From Perkinsus olseni (lineage: Eukaryota): a stretch of 20,000 bases of DNA. Numbering within the stretch: the first letter of the stretch is position 1; each line of letters opens with the position of its first letter. A model generated the notes under the pieces. That model worked only from the letters and a program-made list of their open reading frames with translations. It did not search any database and was not told where the DNA came from. The stretch is taken from assembly GCA_013115125.1 (NCBI GenBank), contig JABANN010000115.1:49788-69787 (forward strand). The letters are read 5' to 3'. The translations under genes were made by a program, and so were the position numbers. Shown piece by piece: positions 1 to 8,842 of the stretch.

Positions 1-108
1 ATCTCGTGAGACCGAACCCATAGAGTAAAATCGCGGACGGAGAAGCGGTGACCGCTAGGCTATTCTCAGTAGCAATTTTTTTCGATAGAAAAGCAGCCGA
101 CGACGGTA

Positions 109-3100
109 CTAGGGTCGGTTGTCAACCCCTCCAGGCACCACTCGACAGCCCCGATACGAGCGCGTTAATCCCATCACAAAAAACCTTTGAACTTGTAATG
201 GCCCCTGCTGTCGTGACGCGTACCAAACTCCACCAAACTCACCGCCTCATAGCCTCCCCACATAACCGCCAGGAGCTGAGCATCCCAATAGGAGCCACAA
301 ACTATCCCCTCCTCCTCAACATGAGCATACACCCTCGAGGATGCAGCCATGTAGCAGCTTGCAGAGACGCGGTAACGGCCATCTCCCTCCTTGGCAGGAG
401 GGGCTCGGACTGGGTCGCAGGCCATGGTCCGAGCCTGACCTCCCTTCTCTCCCCAGGGCGACACCTGCAGGCACAAGTCCGCCGTCGAGAACTGGGCCGA
501 GAGTTTCACTCACGGATAGGCCGCGGTTGTCGAAGAGGAAGTTGGCGATGTGCTGAGGCATGTGGTTCGGGCCGGACAGGGGAATCATCTCCTGGCAGCT
601 TCCAAGGAACGACTGACGAGAGCAACGATCGCCGAAGCGCTGCATATCACTTCGCACCCTCTGAGTGGTGGTAGTGGTCGTCGGGGTGGTGGTCGTGGTA
701 GTAGTCGTCGTAGTGGTCGTGACGACCTGAGGCAGGTATCTTACAGAAGGCTGCGCGGCAAGGGTAACCTACTGTTGTGAACCCTGACCAGGCGAAGTGC
801 TTGAACTGGTACCACCACGAGCGCGTCGTCGGGGCCGGCGTTGTGGTAGTGGTTGTTGGCGTGGTCGTTGTAGTCGTGGAGGCCCTTACCTCCTCCTTAT
901 GGTACATCACAACATGCTGGAACCATCCCGAGGAGTGCGAGGACCTCGCCCCGCTGGGAACTGGGCCGGCCCCCACCCCGCCCTGAGGGACCGATAGAGG
1001 AGGAGAAACCAGTAACACAGGCTTACTTGGAAGCCGCCCCAGGCCCTCGCCAAGACCTCAGCATCACCGCGATTGCCGCATACCACAACTCCCCCACCCG
1101 ATCGGCCGTGACCTAGCAGAATTCCATACCGCAAATCTCCCAAATCTCCTTCAGACCCACCATCATAATCCCGACAGTCCACACGGACCAGCCAGGTAGC
1201 TCCCTTGCCCTCCGGAGGCACCTCTACTGGCTGGCACCTCAACTGCAGTGGATGTATCATCTGTGGTGGGAGGACCTGCTTCAGGAAACTCAGTCCCACA
1301 CAATACTAAGCCTCGGTTCTACTGTGAGTTCCCGCTTTCGATCGTCGAAGTCGATGATATCATCTGCCTGTCCCTTCGAAAAGTCCGCTATGAGTTTGTT
1401 GCAGGACTGAAGAAGGACTACAGGTGGGAGCCCACCAACACTCACTAAGAGCAATGAGAGAGCAACTTGCTGCTGTCCCTTAGCGAGTTTCGATCAGCAT
1501 ATTGAAATATACAACGACGCCATTTACGGGTGAACCGCCCACGCTCTCCTCTCACCTCCGCTGCCGGTAGACCGGCCGACGGCTGCGATTTCGCCCCCTG
1601 AGAGACAGAGAGGGTGAGCTAAATAAGATCGTCTCCATCCTTACGGTGGCGTGGTGGCCCCAGGAGCCTCCAGCGTAGGTGTACCACGACCCGCTGCTGC
1701 TGGCTTCCACCCCATCCGGTAACCGCATGCCGTTACCAACCATACCAGGGAGTGAATATGGGCCAGGGACCCAAGAGGGATCCTGGACAAAAAGCAGGCT
1801 CCGAGGATCGAACCCGGGACCTCGCTAGCTCACATCGAAGCCGCCCCACAGCTTGGCGAGTGTCCTAGCCTCGTACTCCGAGTCGCACCGAATCTTCCCC
1901 TCCACTGTCTCGACGCCACCGATGCCAATGATGTTGCACTTCACCGGAATGAGCCAGTCGTTTAGGTCAGCCCGGTGCTTCGGTCGCGTGACCACCTCCT
2001 CGCAAGCTGCTACTTCGGGCTCTCCTTTGTACTGGCGTCGAACCTGCCCTGCCAGAGTCAGGCCCACCCGATGAGGAAGACTGACCTTAAACCTCCTCCC
2101 CGAGGTATCAAAGGCGGTGATCTTGCCGTATTTATAGCTGTGGCGCGGGCGAAACTCCCGACAGGTACCAAAGCCAGCCTGAGCACCATCCAATGCTCGA
2201 CCGCCGCGCCGAATGGCAGCAGTCTATTACTTCATCAGTGGGCACGAACGAACCGCCACTCCCCTCAGAAGGAGATGGGCCGAACGCTTCCTCAGACTAA
2301 CATTCGACCGTTAGGCATGGTTATCGCACTGCGGCAATTCTTACCTCTGTACTATGCTCTTCTTCTGACGAGTCGAGCAGGCCCTCTTCCTCACCCTCCT
2401 CGACCGCAGCGGTGTCGGCCTCTTGCTCATCACTACTGTGTGCTTCATCATCGAAGGAGGTCTGACCGATGGGAGCCGTGACGAAGGACCCCGACTGCGG
2501 CAGGGGCTGCTTATGACTTTCCACCCACCTTGTAGCGGTCGACCCTATTATCCTCCGAAAAATGCCTCACCTCGGGCTCCCCGTGACCAGAGCTCTCCTA
2601 CAGGACCACCATCGCTGGAAAGGCGATCGCTCGAAAGACTCACCTCATCTCCCGGAGAGAACCCCTCCCCGATTCCCGATGAGAGTCTCGCGAGATGGTG
2701 AACCTGAGGTCTTCCATACTACGGCTACAGAGCCCACGCTACGAATTCCTCGACGAATCATCGTTGGCATATAGCTGCCATGCCGGCCCCAAGAGAACCC
2801 TCACGTCCTGGCCGGTGGTTACCTCATCTGCGTCCTCAAAACTCGGCAGGTCCTCTGGGACACCGTCCTCCTCCTCATCCTCTTGATCGCCGCTATCGCT
2901 GTTATAGCCTCGCAGCGAGGAAGCCTCAGGCTCGGTAGCAGCTACCTCGGGCGCCTGATTGAGAAGAAACATGAGAGCCCCCTCGAGACCTCCGCAGGAC
3001 GACCAGACGCTCATTGCGCCAGCAACTGGCAACAATCACAACGGACCGCAATGACCGGGGAATGGCTGGCGACCCATCGGCAATTGACGAAAAAAGGCGA

Positions 3101-4775
3101 TCGAAGTTGGAGCCGACATCAAAGCTCCACCAGGCAGGACAACCTCGGCAGCGGCAGCACGAACCAGTCTACCTCGTCGTCGTAACGCGGACTCTCTCCT
3201 AAAGAATCTTCCAGCTCATCTTCGTCACTATCCAGGGCTCGTTCGCCATGGCCATCCTCCTCGGAATTGACCAGCCCGTCAGCGGCAGGGAAGGTCGGTG
3301 GCAGCGGCGCCTGATGAGCCGTATAGTCGACAACCATGACTGTCGCCTTCCCCAAGGTGGCTCACCTCAGGATACTTCTCCGAAGTGCTTCGCTGAGCCG
3401 AAGCCGATGAGGGCTGGTCGATAGAGTCACCCTCATCACCCTTTGGCGGAGGAGTGTCCTCGAAGCCCTCAACGCTCGGTCCCTGGCAGAACGGGCTATA
3501 ATTGAGCGCACGTTTCCTCCAGTGAGCCCGCATGGCAAGTAAGTGGATCGATACGATAACGAGACGCTCCGGGAGGGGTACTCACACTGCGACCTACTGT
3601 ACCTCTTCCGAAGAATCCTCAACAGTATTGGACTCATCCTTCGGCTCCTCTGTACCCTCCTCCTCGTCGTCGTCGTCGCCACCTTCAGTTTCCTCCTCAT
3701 CCCCCTCCGAGTAGCCCTCAGTCGCACCGCCTTCACGGTTATCCTCAGAAGTCTGGTTCTTCGAGCCCTCCCCAGCGGCATCCTCATCACCAACCGTATC
3801 GTCCTCATCGCCGCTGCTACTCTCATCAGGAGTATCGTCGGTCGCCTTAATGCTCGTTGGTTCACCCTGCCCATCGGCAGCAGGCTTACTCTCTGAGTCC
3901 TCGCCAGTCCCTTCCTCCTTCCCTGCACCACTAACATCATCCTCGCTCCCCTCGGGCGTCACCACATCTTCGCTATCGCCCGACTCGGTGCTCCCCTCGT
4001 CTGGGGTATCGTCGATCGCCTCAACACCCGCTGGCTCATCCTGCTCATTGTCAGCCATGCTAGTCCCTTCTTTCTCCCTCTCACTTTCGCTGCCATTCTC
4101 GTTCCCCTCAGGTGTCACCTCGCCTTTAGACTCGGTACTCCCCTCGTCGAGCAGCCCACCCGACTCCAGGACTTTCGTTTCGGGAGCTTCATCCGCCACC
4201 GCCTCGGACCCGGAAGTGGAAGCTTCACCGCTGCTGCCATCCGCCGAAGGACCCAGAGCGCTGGTAGCACTGCTATCCTCAGTATTACCCGTCTCCGACT
4301 CCAGCCTCGGCGGAGCGATGCTGCCCCCTGCTGAGCTATCATTACTCGCTCGATAGCTCGACTCGAGTGCAGCACCAGTCCTTCCCTTCTTCAAGGCCTT
4401 CACGCTTCCCACTGCGAAAGGCGCTCCCCAACTCTCAGCGAAGTAAACTGCATCGCCCTGCGCATCAAAGTGCAGGACGAACAGAAACTTTTTCTTCGGC
4501 TCCTCTGGCCTCGCGCACTTAGCGTCTATGAAAGTCCCCCACGGCTTAGAGACAATATCGTCGCAGTAGAAGGTCTCCTGCAGGTCCCAAAGGTTGGCCT
4601 TCTGCTCCACGAGCTTCAACAACCGCACGCCGGCCTTTTCGTCCCGGTAAGCGTGCGTCGCAACGAACTTGTCCCCATCTGAACCGACCCGGACGTACTT
4701 CACTGGGCCCGCGTAGTTTACCTGAGATGATTGGAGGAGATTGCCTTTCCCCGAAAATTGCGCTGTAACGAACAA
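109..4775 (-). CDS. Large multi-exon protein: one type-A 'DA..FA..WG' domain, a long Asp/Glu/Ser-rich spacer, then three type-B Cys-containing 'A..LA..WGG' domains with Thr-rich linkers (may be two genes; both ends uncertain)
   Basis: Short minus-strand ORFs join through canonical phase-0 GT..AG introns, e.g. 2085-2044, 1833-1783, 1322-1276, 1026-983, 513-465 and a donor at 242. The spliced product reads VNYAGPVKYVRVG...HFDAQGDAVYFAESWG, acidic region, AGFGTCREF...EARTLAKLWGGFD, LLQSCNKL...DAEVLARAWGGFQ, poly-Thr, FLGSCQEM...DAQLLAVMWGGYEA. The start codon is not identified and the stop at 111-109 is tentative. Confidence 0.6.
661..880 (-). repeat. Two poly-Thr/Pro mucin-like coding tracts (ACN repeats)
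   Basis: STTTTTTPTTTTTTPAPTT (~826-880) and VVTTTTTTTTTTTTPTTTTTT (~665-727) are read on the minus strand between domain copies B2 and B3. Confidence 0.8.
1789..1825 (-). other. tRNA-like 3' half (variable loop, T-arm/B-box, 7 nt, T5) inside a 51-nt intron; not a full tRNA
   Basis: The minus strand reads GCGAGGTC CCGGG TTCGATC CTCGG AGCCTGC TTTTT, giving a 5-bp T-stem with one G-U pair and a canonical TTCGA loop. No A-box, D-arm or 7-nt anticodon loop is present upstream. Confidence 0.45.
3600..4148 (-). repeat. Degenerate acidic tandem protein repeat (49- and 58-aa units plus a partial third)
   Basis: Units start at 4148 (DEGSTES..VTPEG..EGT..DDTP), 4001 (DEGSTES..VTPEG..EGT..DDTP) and 3827 (DESSSG...). 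Confidence 0.75.
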
Positions 4776-4952
4776 AATGCAGCATGCAAAATTGAGGCCA
4801 CTATGCCATCACTATGTATAGTGATGAATTTTGATATACATCAACAATTGCAGAGCGATAGGACACTACATTATCCATACAATATCGACCGCCGTTCTCG
4901 CGCCACGTGGCATAGTGGTCTCACTTTTGTGGATTGCATTTTTTCGTTACAG
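4763..4952. mobile_element. MITE-like 190-bp element with imperfect ~46-bp terminal inverted repeats
   Basis: The reverse complement of 4763-4808 (TGGCATAGTGGCCTCAATTTTGCATGCTGCATTTTGTTCGTTACAG) matches 4908-4952 (TGGCATAGTGGTCTCACTTTTGTGGATTGCATTTTTTCGTTACAG) at 38/46 aligned positions. The interior is AT-rich and there is no clear TSD. Confidence 0.65.
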
Positions 4953-5018
4953 ACTGTATAGCAGTAGTACAACACAGAATATTGCAACTCCCACAGTACA
5001 GGGAAGAGTCGTTCAACT

Positions 5019-5712
5019 CTACGGTAGTGCGCAAGTCAATTCACCAAGAGTATGAGAAGGGAAACCTTGACCAATAGAAGCCATATAAAACCCACCACAC
5101 CCTACCACTCCATCAGCTTCGACAACTTTCGACCTCGTCCTGTTCAGTACCGCCTCCCAATCCTCGCGGACTTGCTGATCATCCGGTATCTCCTTGGTCA
5201 GTTCCACCGGCGTCTTATGCCGATGAACATTCCCCCAGAGCTCCGCGAACTCCACCGCGTCTTCATGCGTCGGAAAGTGGAAGTACACCGAGCGCTTGTC
5301 AGCTGCTTTCCCGCCAGGCTTGGTACATATCGTGGCAGCAATCGTCGAACCTTCCGGTGGCCTTCGTTGCACCATACTGCAGTAGTAGGGCCGGAGAATC
5401 TTCTTCGTAAAGGAGCTCCTTATCTTCACTCGCATCGCTCGACTGGCTCCCCGCTTGAAGGCAGTGAGAACCTCCCACTTCATCGGGTCATCACCGATGT
5501 GAGCGTACAACACTTTAGTCGCCAGATTCGGCGGGTCCAACTTAGCTCGTACCTGAGCAAGCGAAGACCGCATAATACAGCTTCTACAAGCTATGCATGG
5601 GGAATACAGTACAGATCCATCTAAAAATCGACGTGGCGATACCACATCTTACCCCACTCGTCAAGCTGAGAAGGGCCATCACGAGGGCCCGCAGGCCAGG
5701 TGACGTCAGCAT
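5019..5712 (-). CDS. Putative secreted protein with a type-A 'DA..FA..WG' domain (copy A2)
   Basis: Exon 1 (5712-5653) encodes the signal-peptide-like MLTSPGLRALVMALLSLTSG. A GTAAG..CTCAG intron spans 5652-5553. Exon 2 reads VRAKLDPPNLATKVLYAHIG...YYC...TIC...FHFPTHEDAVEFAELWG. The 3' end is uncertain because of a possible phase-0 donor at 5105. Confidence 0.7.
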
Positions 5713-6068
5713 TCACAGGGCCGACCAAATTAGACAAAACAACTTCGCAAGGACAGACGAGTCAGTGGCCGAGGCCGAGCGGCATCCCACTGCATTCGGC
5801 CGAGGCTCCGGCGCGGGTCGAGAAGAACTCCTGGTGATTGACGAACGCCACAGCAACAGATGGAGACATCACACAAGGGACAGCGCGAACACCGTGCATA
5901 ACATTAACGCACGCTACCACTTGAACGTGTAAGAGGCCTGCTCGGTAATGCCACAGAGAGCTTTGTGGACGGGCCGCTATGAGAGGCCGAGCCTGGGTTA
6001 CACCAGACACTCCTTAGCGGAAAATCCCCCCTGGGAGTTGCCAGAGTCTTCCAGCGCACCGTCGGCTT

Positions 6069-6533
6069 TTACCACTCAACGCCGACCTTCGGGCGCGCCG
6101 CCGGTAGCGCTGAAACCTGAGACATAGCGAGACTGAGTAACGGCAATGGCAGCAGTCTGAGACTCACCTCCTCGGAAACATCTCTTTTCGAATAAGGCAG
6201 GACCAGCTTAGGAGGAGCCGAACTTCCCGCCGGTAGAGGCCCTCCCCACTTTCCTTCAAATTTGTGCGCATCCTCTACGGTCTCAAAGTGGAAGGTCAGT
6301 GTAACCGCATCCCGGGCAGCCCATCCCTCCGGTATGCACCGGGCCGTGACCAGCCCGCCCACCTCAAGGCTAACGTCAACACAGGTGTAATCTTCCCTTA
6401 CGTCCCACAGCCAAGGACGGTGTCTCACCAGCCGAGCTATCCGCGTGTTTGCTAAGCGGTATGCTCGGGTGAGGATAAAGATATCTTTTGAAGCTCAAAT
6501 TGTCACGTACTTGACGGTTGAACCGAGATTAAT
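6069..6533 (-). pseudogene. Type-A domain paralog (copy A3) with an in-frame TGA at 6497-6495; probable pseudogene
   Basis: INLGSTVKYVTI*ASKDIFILTRAYR...LWDVREDYTC...TARC...FHFETVEDAHKFEGKWGG aligns by eye with copy A1 (VNYAGPVKYVRVGSDGDKFVATHAYR...LWDLQETFYC...DAKC...LHFDAQGDAVYFAESWG). A 51-nt GTGAGT..CAG intron follows VSEE. A possible first exon MLTSGVRRLL starts at 6716. Confidence 0.55.
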
Positions 6534-7621
6534 CTGAAATGGTTTTTGGTGAAACCACAGTCCCGAAAATTGATTCAATACCAGAATTTCCGTAACTCAA
6601 TGGGAACCGACAAGTACCACGAAATCTTACAACGCATAGCGAATGCCAGATCCAGAGCAGCGAGTCATGGTGCTCTGCTGCAGTTGGAGGAGTCGCCTCA
6701 CGCCACTGGTCAGCATATTACAGAGATGAGAGAGCAAGCCGACGGAGCGATGCGAAACAGACGCATCTCACCTCATCATTGGCCTCAGCAAATTTGACCC
6801 TATTTTCCTCGAGGAGCTCCTCCCAGTTTTTCCGCTTTTGCCTCCCTACCGCGTCGACTGGCACGTCAGTTGCCAACGCCCAAGGAGTGTGGAAATTGCG
6901 GTAATCACCCCAGACATTTTGCGAAGGTCATCTCCTCCACGTGGTTAATAAAATAGAACAAAATAGAACCCTAGCGTGCTCTTCAACAGCAAGCCTTGGT
7001 CGGGCGAACTGCATGCTGCTTCAACCACGGTCTCTTCGGGGACCGGGGCTGCCAGGACCTCCTTCAGGGGCCTCCTTCGGACCTCCTTCGTGCTCTTCAG
7101 GGGCGCAGGAGAGAGTGAGCCTCTCAGCCGATGCTGAGGCGTGCCTCGTGCTCCATCTCGTCAACACGACAAAGCGGCTCTGCAGACGCCGGAGGAGCCC
7201 AGTCGGGCGAATAGCGCTTCGCTGCCAAGGTTGGGGGGGCTCCAATGGGAGACGCTCCGGACTGCCAGGCCGAGACGAGGCCGAGGACCTTCCCAGGGCC
7301 CCTCCGGACTGAGCCGCCACCATCAGCCACCACGATGATGTTTAGCATGCCCAAAAGCGAAAGTGGCCCGGCAACAGCGTCGAGAACTACAGGGTGCGTC
7401 TCTCAAATTTCAGGAGCGCTCCCAGAATGAAACTTAACGAGTAGAAGACGACCCTGCGAGCGCTCCTGAAGCTCAGGACAGGCCTATTGAACACCCGGGC
7501 ATCTTCGCACTGTGATTGACAGTAACGCAAGGACCTGCGTGTACTCGAACATCGTCTTGAACATGCATGGAGACACATAAAATATTGTAATGGTAGTAAA
7601 CTTCTAATGCCATGCTCGTTT

Positions 7622-8761
7622 CTATTCCTGCGCACTGAAGACGCTGCCGTAGACCGTGAAGCGGTCGCCCACGCCAAAGACGTCGGCGGCCTTCTTTCGT
7701 GTCTTGTAGGGCTCCCGGCTGACCAAGCGTGGTACGATCTCTGCCGCCGCCGCCGCCCGATCGATAGATTGTGGTGATGCCGGAGGCGAGGCTGCAAAGA
7801 GCTCCGGATGCGGCTTCGAGTGGATCCAAATGACGACCATCAGCTGGGCGCCGTTCAAGAACACACCAACGAGGTTGGGGATCAGGTACGGCAAGGAGTG
7901 CATGAGGATGCTGCACTGCGCCCAAAGGCAACAGGATATGAAGCCCGCCACCGTCAATGCTGTAGGGTATCCCTCCAACGACTTCGACCGGACCACCGTG
8001 ACGATCTGGGGCGTCGGAGCTGCACAGAGGATGATACTGAGAGTCGTGGCACTGTAAGCGAAAACCTGGACCTTGAGCTTGGTGTCAGAAAGGCTGGTGT
8101 TGCAGATGAGAGCACCAACAACCACTGCCATCACCGACAGCAGCGTAGCGGCTTTGCTCACAACATGGCCGTCGTAGGAGGCGAAAACGGCGACGTAAAA
8201 AGCCGAGATGAACACCGTTAGGAGGTTGATGTGGACGATATCCCAGTGGGCCGTCAGGTAGCCGTACCACACCCACAAGTACGCCTGAGAAAGTCGACAA
8301 AAATATCGCAAAAACCCGGGGGCATTGCCGACCTGCGTGAACAGGGTCGAGTAGGGCAACGCGGATCCCTTCGCTCGCTTAGCTCGGAGCATCTCTATGA
8401 AGTCTGGCAGAGGAGATAGCACCGATAGCGCTGAAAGCGCCATGGCCATGTACCTGTATATTCGACCAAGCAGCGGAAGCACAGCAGAGCAGCATTCTCA
8501 CGTCAGAGTTCGTAGCCAGTCTAGACCGCCCAAGTCGTCATGGTGATGGTAATGATGCTGCTGCTGGGCTCCGAGAGCAGCAAGGTCGGCGGGCTGATGG
8601 TGATGATGAGTGGCAGAAGCCTGACGACACTCACGGACTGCGTTGTGGGTACAGAGGGAGAGGCTTACCGTGTCACCGCTATTGAAGAGGCTCAACAGCA
8701 GCTGGCGCCCAGGGTCGTAGTATCTACTTTCCACTACTGCACAATCTAAGTTTCTTTTCAT
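7622..8761 (-). CDS. SWEET: SWEET (MtN3/saliva) family sugar transporter, 7 TM, with a His-rich N-terminal extension
   Basis: Two MtN3 repeats: SPLPDF...ALPYSTLFTQ|AYLWVWYG...HINLL and APTPQIVTVVRSKSLEGYP...LW...LIPNLVG...QL. Three 48-nt GT..AG introns lie at 8668-8621, 8501-8454 and 8332-8285. The ATG at 8761 is tentative. Confidence 0.9.
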
Positions 8762-8803
8762 AGACTTAATATATACATATATACATTGATGCATATCATA
8801 CTA

Positions 8804-8842
8804 AAATTTTCAGGAAATTTTCAGAAATTTTCAGAAATTTTT
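8804..8842. repeat. Short tandem repeat (AAATTTTCAG) x ~3.7 in the AT-rich region upstream of SWEET
   Basis: The sequence reads AAATTTTCAG-G-AAATTTTCAG-AAATTTTCAG-AAATTTTT. Confidence 0.8.

Noticed and set aside
48-674. 208-aa plus-strand ORF
   Set aside because: It is antisense to spliced minus-strand exons with the conserved domain motif and has no recognisable features.
1789-1875. Complete tRNA gene
   Set aside because: There is no A-box or D-arm and no 7-nt anticodon loop, the spacing is too long, and the 5' part is coding exon.
3362-4356. Long ORFs 3850-4356(+), 3543-3896(+) and 3362-3940(-)
   Set aside because: They are antisense or alternate-frame shadows of the low-complexity acidic exon.
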